Shown here: positions 12,227-25,895 of the stretch, piece by piece
Layout: each line of letters starts with the position of its first letter
Numbering within the stretch: the stretch's first letter is position 1
From: Camelus dromedarius
Taxonomy: Eukaryota
Reading direction: 5' to 3'
Assembly: GCF_036321535.1 (NCBI RefSeq)
Contig: NC_087436.1
Location: 15,748,001-15,812,000, forward strand
Length of the DNA stretch: 64,000 bases
The notes under the pieces: generated by a model
Told to the model about the DNA's origin: nothing
The model's input: only the letters and a program-made list of their open reading frames with translations
Database searches by the model: none
Made by a program: the position numbers and the translations under genes

Positions 12227-13960
12227 AGGTGAAGCGTGACTGTGTTCTTGGGCACGAGAACTCACTTGAACTATCACTTTGACTATCAGATATGTTTTTG
12301 CACTATTTTTTTAAACTGAAAGAAATATCTATGCTGTACATGGTATACTAGAATTTTCTGAGAGCAGAAAACATCTAGATTTTTTTAGTTAGCTTTCATT
12401 CACGGTAGAAACGTGCACATGGAAACCCATGAGCAAGTATTCTGCCAACGAGAACATCCAGCAGGACTAGTAAGGCAGGCAGACCCTTCCCCTGGGGGAG
12501 CGTCTGGTGACGGGGTAGCCTGGGGACACTACAAGCAAAAGTTACACAAGTAAATTAACCTTGCTTCTTCATTTATTACTTTAGTTTGAAAAGAGGATGT
12601 TTATTATTCTATGTGCTGTAACTATCAGGCCAGGGTTGGTAATCTAAATTTCATTTTTGATATTCAAATTAATTCTAACAGCTTGAGCACATTATCCTTA
12701 TTGCCGGGGCAAAGCCTTGCTTCAGGACGGGTAGTTCATTGACTAGTGGGAGCCTTTGTGAGCACGTGGTGAGTCAGCTCATGGTCACCAGATGCTCCTT
12801 GTTACCAAGTGTTTCCCCTTTGTCCCAGATTTGAAAGGGGTTAAAATTTGATGTGTCTTAGTCAGAAGAACCAAAACCATCCTGAAATGCCTTGCTAATA
12901 CAACTAACCCTTCCACATACCTGCAGTACTTATTTCTTTCCTCTGTGTATACTTTATGTTAACAGGGTTGTTATGAAGCACATTTTCTGAATCTGCAATC
13001 ATTCTTTTGACAATTACTGGTACCCAAAGAAAAATTCATTTTCTTTGAGTTACCCCAGTAATATATAAAAGCTGTGTCTTGTTATAGTGGTACATTATAA
13101 ATCACATATATCTCAGAATACAGAGCAACTCTTAAGATGGAAAACAATGCCAAACCCCCACAGCTCATTCTTCTCAATATAATCAGAGCAAAAAATAGTT
13201 TGAGAATCTGAAGGCTGATAACTTTTGGGGGTATTTTTTTCCCCATCCCTGCACAGTTACTGGAGTAAATAAAAAACCACTTTCCTGCAATCCATTGTTA
13301 TGCATTCCAGGCTTAAGATAAAAGTGGTTCTTTGTGAGACTGAATCAATTATAGTTTATGGGCTCAAGCCAAATAGATCGAAGACAATCTTCCAAACAGA
13401 TCAATGGAATAGAATTTCATTGGAAATATAAAACATTCTCCCAACAATGTTCATGACTTTCTTCTATTTTTGAGAAGAGTTTCATATGCTGGGCCGCTTT
13501 TTAGCTTTTGTTGTTGTTTCCATTGTCCAAAAACTTAGGCAGCAAGTCGTGAAACCATTTATGTGTATATGGTTACAACTGATTTTGGAGTATGGGAGCC
13601 GTTTTCCCTCCATGTTTTGGGTAAGGAAGACAGTATAAAGAAAACTCTTGTCAAATTTCACTCAAGAGTAAATTTCATGAGAAATGGAAGGCTTAAAGCA
13701 TTATTCCCAACTAAATTCCTATTTGCAGCAAGCTTGTATAGCAGCAGGAAGGTAGGAAGTGGGGCATAGTGTCTGGAATAGGATGTGAGACGTATTTCTT
13801 TGCCTGTATAATTTTAACATCTTTTATCACAGATAATGAAAACGTAGCTTTATTGGAGAAAAATATTCCTCTTAAACTTTGGCCTCTGTCAGCAGAATGA
13901 TAAGTGCAATAGTTGTAAATCTACTTGACACGATAATAAACTGAACTGAACTTTTCAAAG
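12227..13960 (+). other. SH3D19: SH3D19 3' UTR (3' end approximate)
   Basis: Repeat-poor ~1.7 kb after the stop codon; AATAAA at 13268-13273 and 13935-13940, the latter followed by U/GU-rich sequence. Confidence 0.7.
13935..13940 (+). terminator. Likely major polyadenylation signal of SH3D19
   Basis: AATAAA at the end of the unique UTR-like block. Confidence 0.65.
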
Positions 13961-14062
13961 TCCTTTTCTCAAATGTATTAGACTGAGGTTTTTGAGACTG
14001 GAGATGGTATCTTGCCTTTATGTCTCCAGCCCTTTGCACCATATAGGCTCAGTAAAGGTCGT

Positions 14063-14104
14063 TTGGTTGTTTGGTTGGATGGTTGGATGGATGGATGGAT
14101 GGAT
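14063..14104. repeat. (TTGG)n/(ATGG)n compound microsatellite
   Basis: Seen directly in sequence. Confidence 0.85.
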
Positions 14105-15640
14105 AACTTTCACATAATAGCGATCCTATCTTGGATCCAAGGTGATCCAATATCTCTCCTTTTTAATTTGACAAAAATCTTTATTGAAACAATACTTGCA
14201 GTTTTATGTATTTCACTCCATCGTGCTGCATTTTTTTTTTTTTTTTGCTTGCCATGTATTACCTAGTCAACCGACAAGAAGTCAAAACTGTAGCAAAGCA
14301 TAAGTTTTCATGGGTACTTTCTTTTTCTGTATATTGACTGAACATGATTTTTATACTCAGTGAGTTTCATAGTGAAGAAATAGAAATGTATTCTTTTTCC
14401 TTTCAGGAATTTTAGTTGAAAATCTGGTATTGTTCATCCAAACCTCCTCAAACTAGACTCTCTGAATCCTTTTTCTTTGATGGAGTTAAAACTAGAGAAG
14501 TCATTTAATGTATTATTCTTACCCTTTTGAACACTGAAAGACCGCAGATTTCTTTAAAAGATGACCTAGCTTATATGGCTGGAGGGGTAATGTAATACAT
14601 CTGTCATTGAGCTCATGGAAGTCACAGATTTTGAATGCAGTCTGAAACATAATGAAAAAAAAAAACCGTATATTTATCAAAATTTGTTGTTAGAACTGGC
14701 TTTTGAAAAAATGAAATACATTTTTCTATATGATTTGTTATATATCAGTACTCTTAACAATAATTGTTTAGTTTTTATTCAGCTTCTTAAGCTTAGATAA
14801 ATATACCTAGAGAAATAGTGATGATACAGGCTAATTATCAGGGGATATTTGGTATAATCATTAATAGTTTAGTCCTTTTAATTAATGTCAAAAGTACATG
14901 GGCCATATGATTCATGATTTGGTGTCATTTTTGAATGCCATTAAATGAATCCTTAACAGTGATTTTTTTCAGAACTTAATAGGAAATAATTTTCTAACCT
15001 ACTCCTTTTTACTTCACTGTAATTATAGAGGGGAAAAAATACAAAGCCTAACTCAGAACAACACCACCATCTAGGGGCCTTTCACCTAACTGCAGTCTCA
15101 TCCTGTTAAACCACAGAAAGTCTATGGATCAAAGATCAACCTGCAGAGGTTGAATGGTTTGCCTGAGGTCATGCAGGTATGGCAGAGCCTAAAGCAAAAA
15201 ACCCAGCTCTGCTGATTCCCAGTTCAGTACTTCTCTTTGTTGTGCTAAAGTGATACATTTCTCTTCAGCAGTTAAGTAGAATTGATTTGCTTTATTGGCC
15301 TGTAAAAATTGTAATTTCTTAGATATAATACTTACTGTTAGAACGAGTTGCAGAGGATAAAGTCCTGAATTTATTTATTTCAAGAAAAGACGATACATGC
15401 CAACCTTCTCAGTTTTATGTAGGCTGTTTATATTGATGTTTCCTAGAAACTCAAACATGGACTGCTCCATTGATGGGGATTCCTTTTTCCGTTTAATATG
15501 AAATATTTGAATGCTTGAAACATCAGATCTTGAAAAGGTTTATCTAGGGCTGTGCTCTTGGCAACAGCAAAGCAATCTTAAACCTAGGTATTCATACACA
15601 TATAGCACAAAACATTGTATTTTATTACCATTTTGGAGTC

Positions 15641-17596
15641 TAATAAAAAAGTTGTTAGAACTAATAAATGAATTCAGTAAAGTTGCAGGATACAAAATTA
15701 ATATACAGAAATCTGTTGCATTTCTATACACTAATAATAATAACTATCAGGAAGAGAAATTAAGGAAACAATCCCATTTACAGTTGCATCAAAAAGAATA
15801 AAATACCCAAGAATAAATCTAACCAAAGAGGTAGAAGACTTATACTCTGAAAATCCTAAGACATTGATGAAAGAAATTGACAACACAAGTTTAAACATAT
15901 ACCATGCCCATGGATTGGAAGAATTCATATTATTAAAATGACTGTACAACCCAAGACAATCTACAGATTCACTGCAATCTCTTATCAAAATACCAAAGGC
16001 ATTTTTCACGGAGCTAGGAAAAATAATTCTAAAATTTGTATGGAAACACAAAAGACCCTGAATAATCAAAACAATCTAAAGAAAGAACACACAAAGCTGG
16101 AGGTATCACACTCCCTGATTTCAAACTATATTAGAAAGCTACAGTCATCAAAAAAGTATGGTAGTGGCACAAAAAAACAGGCATATAGATCAATGGAATA
16201 GAATAGAGAACCCAGAAATAAATCCACACTTATGTGCTCAATTAATCTATGACAAAGTAGGCATGACTATACAATGAGGAAAATACAGTATCTTCAGTGA
16301 ATGGTAATGGGGAAAATGGGCAGCTGCAGGCAAAAGAATCAAACTGGACTACTTTCTCACACCATATACAAAAACAAATTCAAAATGGGTGAAAGATCTA
16401 AATGTAAGACCTGAAACCATAAAAGTCCTAGAAGAAAGTATGGGCAGTATACTCTTTGACACTGATCTTAGCAATATTTTTTTGGATCTGTCTCCTCAGG
16501 CAAGGGAAACAAAAGCAAAAATAAATGGGACTACATCAAACTAAAAAAAAAAAAAAAAGAAGAAGAAGAAAACTTTTGCACAGCAAAGGAAACCATCAGC
16601 AAAACAAAAAGGCAGCCTACTGAATAGGAGAAGACATTTGCAAATAGTATATTTGATAATGGGTTAATATCCAAAATACACATATAACTCATACAATTCA
16701 CCATCAAAAAAATATTTTTAATGGACAGAGGATCTGAATAGACATTTTTACAAAGAAGACATACAGATGGCCAACAGACACATGAAAAGATGTTTAACAT
16801 TGCTAATTACCAGGGAAGTACATATCAAAACCATGATAAGATACCACCTCACATCTGTCGTAATGGCTATCATCAAAAAGACAACAATTAACAAGTATTG
16901 GGGATGTGGAGAGAAGAGAACCTTCATACATTGCTGGTGGGATTGTAAATTGGTGTGGACACTTTGGAAACAGTATGGAGTTTCCTCAAAATTTGAAAAT
17001 AGACCTGTCATATGACCCAGCAGTTTCACTTCTGGGTATTTACTAATTTGAAAAGATACATGCACACCAGTGTTCACTGCAGCATCCTTACAGTAACATA
17101 GATATGGAAGCAACCTAAGTGTCCATCAATAGATGAATGGCTAAAGATGTATATACATAACAATGGAATATTACTCAGCCATAAGTAAAATCTTGCCATT
17201 TGCAACATAGATCTGGAGGGTATTATGCTAAGGGAAATAAGTCAGAGATAAATATACGATCTCACTTATAAGTGGAATCTAAGAAACAAAACAAACAACA
17301 AAAACAGACTTATAGATACAGAGAACAGACTCTGTGGTTGCCAGAGGGATGGGGATGGGGAGGGTGCAGAATAGGTGAAGAGGGTAAAGGGTACATACCT
17401 CCAGTTATAAGGCAAATAAGCCATGAGGATGTAATATACAGCATAAGGAATATGGCCAACAATATTATAATAACTTTGGAGACAGATGGTTACTAGACTT
17501 ATCATGGTGATCACTTCATAATGTATGCAAATGTCAAATCACTATGTAAAACACCTGAAACTAGCATATCAACTATATTTCAATTTTCTTAAAAAA
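15641..17596 (+). mobile_element. 5'-truncated L1 (3' half of ORF2 plus 3' UTR), disrupted
   Basis: ORF2 fragments [28 protein letters not shown] and MANRHMKRC...[10 protein letters not shown]-rich end. Confidence 0.93.
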
Positions 17597-17805
17597 GCAT
17601 GTGTTCAGCCAGATTGAATAGTGTTGTTCTGTGAGTCTGTACATTTGTACACATTTGCATTTGGGAGCTATTGATGGCACCAGACCGACCATGTCTGCGT
17701 GAGTTTCCTTGTTTTCATAGCGCATGACAGAGATGACAAAGCCAGTAGCAAGTCAGACTCTTAACTGCAGCTGCCAGTTGATTCAGGTAGCAGTTTTGGA
17801 TCAGG

Positions 17806-18008
17806 GTGGTGGTTCTCAACTGGGGGAAATTTTGCCCCACAGGGGACATTGGGCAATGTCTAGACATTTTTACTTGTCACAACTTGGGAAAGGTGCTGGT
17901 GGGTAGAGGCCAGTGGTTCTGCTAAACATCCCACAGTGAACAGGACAGTCCCTCACAGCTATGAATTATCCAGCGTAAAATATCAGTAGTCCTGAGGCTG
18001 AGATATGG
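17806..18008 (+). mobile_element. MER20-like hAT-Charlie non-autonomous DNA transposon
   Basis: gtggttctcaactggggg...tttgcccc.caggggacatt..gcaatgtct ... gtgggtagaggccag ... gctaaacatcc. Confidence 0.85.
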
Positions 18009-18019
18009 TGACGTAGGGG

Positions 18020-19105
18020 AAGAGTGCAGTCATTAATACTTCCCTCCCTCCTGGGATCTAAGTTGTTTAGTTCCCAGGTGCCAGGCTTCTTGTCTTCCCT
18101 CTGCTGCCACAGAATTTATAGATTTCACCTTTTCTTCCATTATCCCTGCTTTCACCTAACCTTTTGTCCTGATTACCACCCAGGAGGCGGCCAAGATGAG
18201 ATGATCCTTTTTTGGGGACTGCCATATTCTGTGACCCACCTACCTTAGTCAGGTCTGTAGAACAGGAGGAGGTGAGGGTGACAGTCAGAAACCTTTTTAG
18301 TGCTCTTCAGTGCTAGATTTCTGTGGATGGTATGCGGCTGTGAAATAGCCACCAAATACTCACTATTGACTCACTGCCAGGTGCCCTGGTGACAAAGTGC
18401 CCCATTGCTAGACTGCAAGTGGTATGGAAAGCTTAAGACATGTACATATGGTACATTAGTTTCAAGGGCTTTAATTGTGTGGCTGAAGTCAGTTGATGGG
18501 CCTAGAACAGCAACATCATAACCTAAAAATGTGTCCACAGTGCTGAGGCACCATCAGCCGCCCTGAGAGGTGACCAAAGGACCCATGTAGTCAGTCAGTA
18601 GTCAGTGTGATGATGGCCCCAGCTACCTCAGGGCAAATGGACCAACTTTTGGCAGGACTCACAGTCTGGTGTGCATGAGAAAGCTAGGGTCCCTTTGAGG
18701 CAGCAGCTATGCTTCAGGTAATGGGGTGGGAGACATGGTATTTCAAGAGTTGCTGAAGCTGGTGCATTTCAGAAAACACTATTTTTACTTGACCAGGAAG
18801 GTCTCTTTACTGAGAGATATACTGTCTCCAGCACCCAAAGCATCCAACAGGGAGTCAGGCTTCCTTTCGGTTGGAGGCAGGTCAAAGAGCAAAGAGTTGG
18901 CTGTTTTTCCTTGATTGCTAGAGATTAGCCATTGTGAACCCACCCACACAGTCTCAAGAAGCTGCACGTGGTGAGCAGGCCCCTGAATTTTACTGGAGTT
19001 GACCAAACACCCCTGTTGGTAGAGGTGTGACAAAACCAGTCAAGGCCTGTTAAGACTGAGGATTCTGACTTGCCAACTAACAGGTCTGCCTGTACTGTGT
19101 ATCTG
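18020..19105 (-). mobile_element. Degenerate ERV-L-class pol fragment (RT C-terminal part and integrase)
   Basis: Minus-strand peptides QQGCLVNSSKIQGPAHHVQLL (RT), DCESCQK (integrase CxxC), DYMGPLVTSQG*WCLSTVDTFLGY, HLQSSNG, AYHPQ (rve core); stops and frameshifts. Confidence 0.8.
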
Positions 19106-19109
19106 AGAC

Positions 19110-19470
19110 TATTCAATCAAACTATTACCAAGACACATTTTATAAAGTTATTGGAGTTTAAAGAAACAGAAAAAATTCTTTGGGCTTCTAGCCAAAACCA
19201 GAAAGTGACTTGTGAGGGAAAGAAAATTAGATTATCACCAGACTTTCATTAGCAATGCTTTATGCCAGAAAACGGTGGTATGTTTAAGATACTCAAGAGT
19301 GAGTTGAGGATTTTAGATCCAATAAAAGTGACTTTCAGGTATAAAGAAAATGACAAACTGTATTCAACATACAAGAATTCAGAAAATATCGTTGCCATGA
19401 GAACTTCCTGAGGAATCAACCAGAGAACAAGCTTCAACCAGAATAACTGGAAAGCAATCAACTTAAGGGC
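19110..19470 (+). mobile_element. Ancient L1/HAL1 ORF1 remnant
   Basis: HFIKLLEFKETEKILWASSQNQKVTCEGKKIRLSPDF resembles the ORF1p C-terminal region. Confidence 0.7.
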
Positions 19471-20629
19471 TGGAAGTGAGCATTAAGCGCACACACCTGT
19501 AGCAGTGAGACTACGCAAGGGCTGAGAGGGTGAGTATTAAGTTCTGGCCATGTGCTCAAGCCATCCAAACACAGTACTATAATAATTTAGTTGGCCATAT
19601 GCCAAAAAATTTTTTAACTGTTCTCACTAATCATATTGGTGGTGGTAGAGACTCATGCATATAATGTGGGATAATGATGGTACGTATATTGTCAGCCAAT
19701 GTTGTCACTGAGAACTTTCTCACCTTTTCCAGCTTTTAGACGCCTGTCACTTCCCTCTGCCTGTGGCCCTTTTGTCCTCAAAGCTAGCAACATCGGGCAG
19801 TCCTCCTCACATTACATTACCCCAGCCTCCTCTTCTCACACTCCCACACTTAAGAACTTGCACGATTACATCAGGCCCACCCATCCAGTCTAGGGTACTC
19901 TTCCCAGCAGTCCTTTCTCCTTTTCACATCACCACTCTTCAAGTCCACTAGTGGTGCTGCTTCATGCACATTCTAGACGCAAAAGCCAGTTTCAAGTTAG
20001 TTTTGCTACCTGCTTCAGTCATGCTTTAACATAAATGTCTTCAGTAATTCATTTCAAAGATTCAAAAGTTGTATCCCTGATAAAAAAAGTTTTCTTATGA
20101 AAGATCAAGGTAAAATTCTTCTAGGAATTTAGAGAAAGGCTATCTGTGAATACTTAATATCTATGTTAAGTATGTAAGATACTTGGGAAACTTAGAATTG
20201 CCCTTTATAGTATTTATTAGATGGATGTTAACCACCTTCAAGTTGGCCTACGGGAAGGTAACTTGATTAAATCTATCATCAAACAGGCCAAACCATTTTT
20301 TAAAACTTAAACATTCTTTTTGGAAGTGTTATCAAATGAGCCCTTCTAAGAGAACCATACCAAGCCCGACTCAGAGATGTAGCAGATTAGAGCTTGACTA
20401 GCAAAATCATCTCACCAAATGATGTTGAGCATCAAGAAAATCACCACATATGTAACTTAATTCCTGGTCCCCACCCTCAGTGACCACTCTATAGACCCAA
20501 CTTCCACCTTAGAAAGAAAGCCTATTATTTGAGACCCAAATCTACAATACTGTTTACGGGGAAAACATTTGCTTCATTATGGGAAGTGAAGCATTTTGTA
20601 TCTGTGTCATTTTGATAATTCTTAATATT

Positions 20630-21990
20630 TCACTGTTATTCAGCAAATACTGAACTTCTCCAGGCACTGGAGGGTTTAGCAGTGAACCCGACCAAAACAA
20701 AAAACTATCGTCATGGAATTTCTCTAGTAGCCAAAAGTCAAACTATAGGGAGAGAAAAAAAACTGAAAGGTAGGGTTTTTAATAGGATGAACCATCAGCA
20801 AGGTCTACTGACTTAAGTTAGAAGAGAAGCTCTGGCCATCCAAGTGAAGAGTATTCCAAGCACAGGGAAACAAGTGCCAAAGCGCTCAGGTAAGAATGTA
20901 CCTACCTTATCCAGGGACAGGGAGGACAGTCTGGCTAAGAGAGGAGGACAGTCTGGCTAAGAGAGTAAGGAAGTGGTAGTGACAGGTCAGAGGCAAGATC
21001 ACATGGGACTTTTTGGGTGAACTGATCATCTATAATAAACTTCCACAAAGGGAGGGGGGGACGACATGACAAAGGGAGACCATAAAGGTAACAACAATCC
21101 AGGTGGTAATGACTTGCTCCAAAGTGACAGCAGCTGCAGTAGTAAGAATTGGTTAAATTCCAGACGTATTTTGAATGAACTGTGGTCAAGGATGACTACA
21201 GAGGATTTTGGTCTAAAATAGAAGGGTGGGTAAAATTGTTGCGTTCGGGAATACTATTTTAGACATGTTAAATGCCTGTGGTATCTAATGAAGATACCGA
21301 GCAGGCAGTTGGACAAGGAAGCCTGGAGTTCAAAGGTATAGACTAGAGAAGTAAGAATCTGGAAGTCAGTTTATTTAAAACCAAGAAATTAAATAGTATC
21401 GAGTATTGGTAAATGTTCAAGGACTAAGCCCTAGGGCTCTCCAACACTAAGGCCTCAAACGAACTAGTGGAGGACAGTAGCCAGCAATGTGAGAGGAACT
21501 TTGAGGTGAAATTCCAGAAGACAGGTAAAAACAGGAGAAAATCCACTGTCAAATGGCACTAGTAGAGGTCACGTAAAATGGAAGGCCAAAATGAACCACT
21601 CAACACAGCAAATCTGGCAATTCTGATAGCAAGACTCCTTAGAGTGGTGTGGGAGGAAAAAAAGCCCAACTGCAACAGGTTCAAGAAAAGTAAATATGAG
21701 AAATACGGTTAATTCTTCTAGGGGGTGTGAGTCAGTGATACCTAGAAAGATAGAGGATGCCTGTATGCTTGATGGGACTGGTGGAAGAAAACTGACGAAG
21801 GTGAGAGTTGATGGACCCAAGAACTTGACAAGCCAAGAGAAGGGAGCTGATGATCATTGTCCCAGCGACAAGAAGGAAAGGCAGAAAATATGGACACAAG
21901 CAGATGGCAGTGTGAAAATAACAGGAATGTGAGGTTCTCTTCTCATCCTTTCTCAAGAAATAAGGTCATCAGCTGACCTGAGCATGAGAA
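20630..21990 (-). mobile_element. L2 remnant
   Basis: ttattcagcaaatactga ... ccaggcactg start, then purine-rich L2-type body (gcaggcagttgga...cctggagttca). Confidence 0.65.
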
Positions 21991-22244
21991 CAGTTCTCAG
22001 GGGAGAGGGGATATAAAACAGAATGGGTGGGTGACTAGGAGCAAATACTGGAGAGTGGGCAGCATTAAATGCCCACTTAATAGGAGACCAATAACCCATT
22101 TCTCTTTCTCTGTCAAGTTCAGCTTGACCATGAAGGTGTACAGTGGGATATTAACAGCAAGAGGAAAAAAGCACAGTTTTTACACACAAAGAAACAAAAA
22201 CTTAAAATGCCAATGAGCTCTTCCCTTTCCATTACAGTCTAATA

Positions 22245-22396
22245 CAGTGGTTCACAAAGTATGGTCCGTGGCTGTCAGTATCACCTGAAAATTTGTTTAA
22301 AAAATTTCACACCCCACCCTAGAACTATTAAATAGGACACTGGGGGCAGGCCCCTGCAACACTTTAATAATCCTTCCAAATGACTTGAGAACCACC
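22245..22396. mobile_element. MER5A-like DNA transposon
   Basis: Termini cagtggttcacaaagt ... ttgagaaccac (inverted repeats). Confidence 0.7.
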
Positions 22397-22648
22397 TTAA
22401 AAACTTAAGCCATGTTAAAAAAAAAGGGGGGGGTTTCCTTTTATTAACCATCTATAACACTTCCAGATCATTCTACCTTAAAACAGATCATTACATTTTC
22501 CTCAGCTACTGAGTAACCCAAGCAATGAATAAAATCCACACAAAAGGTCAGAAAAGGTCGTATTACCTTCGAATCAGACATCTGATTCCACAAACTGTCA
22601 GATGATCAAAAGAGAATTGTCAGAAATAAAACATCACAAATAAAATCT

Positions 22649-22654
22649 TTTATT
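22649..22654 (-). terminator. RPS3A polyadenylation signal
   Basis: AATAAA on the - strand 23 nt after the stop codon, followed by a U/GU-rich element. Confidence 0.9.
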
Positions 22655-22677
22655 TGTCACCATTAAAAGTCTGCATT

Positions 22678-22857
<180 letters not shown>

Positions 22858-22943
22858 TCAATCCTATGTAGCATGACAGGGAAAAAAAGGACCAGCGTGT
22901 TCATACACACAATTTTTTCTTTCAGGAACCCCATGACCTCTCA

Positions 22944-23090
<147 letters not shown>

Positions 23091-23259
23091 CTACACCTCA
23101 TTTAATTCACAATAATCCTCATTCTGTTATTGCCCCTTCACAAGTGAAGGTCAAATGATCTGAATTATACAGCTAGTCAGTAACAAAATTATCACTTGAG
23201 ACTTCTGAGACCGAGCCTTATGGCTTTTCCATTACACCCATCTTAGCCAACTGCATGGG

Positions 23260-23331
23260 AACATCAGAAAAATGTTAACAGTTTTATCATCAGACATCAT
23301 CTGGGACCGAAACATTTTGTCATCACTTATT
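23260..23331 (-). ncRNA. SNORD73A: C/D-box snoRNA U73 (SNORD73A-like) in RPS3A intron 4
   Basis: C box GTGATGA (23320-23326), guide GTTTCGGTCCCA (23302-23313), D box CTGA (23264-23267), 10-bp flanking stem TGTATGGGAA/TTCCCATGCA; RPS3A is the known U73 host gene. Confidence 0.93.
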
Positions 23332-23586
23332 CCCATACATTACTAATCGTGAAGGGTTTATCTATTCAGTGTATTTTTTCTAATTAAGGCAAAAACAAGG
23401 CGCTTCAAATCGCACTAAGTTCCAGGAGAGCTTCATCCAAAAAAAAGATAAACCATCAAATAACTGAACATTTAACATGCTTTCATTTCAAGAGATGCAG
23501 CTAGATGGTTTCACAGACAATTTAAACACGAGTCTGACCTCACTTTGTCTCATATGCTTTCTCTCATCTGAGGGCTGCATTACTTA

Positions 23587-23796
<210 letters not shown>

Positions 23797-24490
23797 CTAG
23801 TGAAAGAAAGATACTGCCAGGTATACCAGGATTTAATGTTATCAACTTTATCCCTCAAATTCTAATTTAAAAATAAGCTGGAAGGTCAAGTAGTCAATAC
23901 ACAGTATTAAGGATGATCATATAAATGACTATTTACAGAATTTGCCTCCTTGAAGTGAACTCACCAAGCTACCCCAAATTCTTACTATCTGTCGTATCTA
24001 AATAAATACTGAGACCTCTCAGCAGTCTTCCCTCCTCTCTGGGTAACTTCTCTATTCCTATCCCTATCTCAATAGCTCCCACCCTTTTACGTATACATGC
24101 CTTACACAGACACATGACGACCTGCTCCTCCCCCAATCCCTTAACTGTGAAAGATGAAATAAAAATAGGTTCTAAGAGACTCTCATTTTGGCATATACAC
24201 CTATTCTATCTTTTTAGGAAAAGGTGTTCTAAGTAGTTGAAATAGTGTAGTAACACTAAAGCCATGCTGAGGATTAAATATTCAATTTCACAGCTAAAGT
24301 ACAATTTTTAGGAATCCCTAATTAATATTACTACCTAAATTCAAAAACAGAAACTATCTGTAGCAACAAAAATTGAAACGCCATCTTTGCATTTTGTAAA
24401 TTTTATACCTTAGCTTAACAAATGAATATAATACAATTATAGTGAAAGGGCCTTAAAATATTTTCAGAAATGCAACTATAAAACCTTAGA

Positions 24491-24567
24491 GGAATGTCAG
24501 AAATAAATGTAACGGTACAATCAGTATGTATCATTTGGGACCGAAACATTCTGTCATCATTCATTCC
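24491..24567 (-). ncRNA. SNORD73B: Second C/D-box snoRNA U73 (SNORD73B-like) in RPS3A intron 3
   Basis: C box ATGATGA (24554-24560), same guide GTTTCGGTCCCA (24536-24547), D box CTGA (24497-24500), terminal stem GGAATG/CATTCC. Confidence 0.9.
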
Positions 24568-24639
24568 CACATACAGAACACCCCCAAACTCGATGGTTAG
24601 TCAGAAACATCTAAACCAAGTTATTTCCTGCAGTAATAC

Positions 24640-24860
24640 TAACATGTACTAAATGCTTTTTGTATCAAGTACTGTACTAAGCATGTTTACATGAATCTTT
24701 TATTTCATCCTCTTAACTCCATGAGTAATACTCTTACCTACATTTTACAGGTAAAGAAACCAGGGCTTAGCAAGCTTTAAGTTACTTTCCAAAGACAACA
24801 TAATTGGGAAAAGGAGCCAAGACTTCAATCTCACACCAGAGGCTCTATCACTCCTACTGT
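24640..24860 (-). mobile_element. MIR remnant in RPS3A intron 3
   Basis: gtactgtactaagc ... cattttacaggtaaagaaac MIR core. Confidence 0.65.
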
Positions 24861-25210
24861 AGCACAATAATCAAAACTAACCCAATCCATGCTTCCCCTA
24901 TAAAGTTCTCTAGATTTTGAGGTCCAGAGGTATTCTGCAGGCAAAACTAAAACTGCAAATCTGCACCGAGACGTTCTTCAACCAGCCACTAAACCATGCA
25001 GCAAAAAAGCTTTGCTGATAACCCAATACTAAAGCTAGAACTCAATTTAAACAGCTTCACTGCTGTTGCTCAAGTTCAAGAGTGTCAATCCCAGACTCCA
25101 CTCAGTAACAGCAAGAACTTGAAATCTAAACCTCAACTGCACAGCAACCACCTTCCTGACATTAAAACATAACATCTTCGGTCACACGCACCACAGTACC
25201 ATGCACTCTA

Positions 25211-25471
<261 letters not shown>

Positions 25472-25791
25472 TCAGCAAAGATAATGCTCGTGCATTAAGC
25501 TTAGAAAATGAATGGTAAGTTATAAAAACCTTAACTTTTGTTAAACAAATTGATACGTACACCAATGACTAACAGTGCTTATTAGAAGCTCAAAATTAAT
25601 GCACATTTTACTAGTAATTATAAAAACAGCACCTTGCTTCTACAAGTGGTGTACGAAAAACAAGCCCCAAAGGGGCTGAGGCTTCAAACAAGAGCTGACA
25701 TTTCTTTCATGTATCCCACTGCACAATCAACAGACCATATATACAGGTCTCAATTTAAAAAAAAAAAAAATACAAAGAATAAGATACTCAC

Positions 25792-25895
25792 TGGTTCCTT
25801 GCGTTCTCGTGACTAGTGTTTTCCCAACATTTCTTATATTGAACATAGCTGGTGCTTTCACGTCATACCAATCTTTCTTAGAAAATGGATCAACC
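25792..25895 (-). CDS. RPS3A: RPS3A exon 2
   Basis: tccag|G ... A|gtgagt; 104 nt; [34 protein letters not shown]. Confidence 0.98.
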
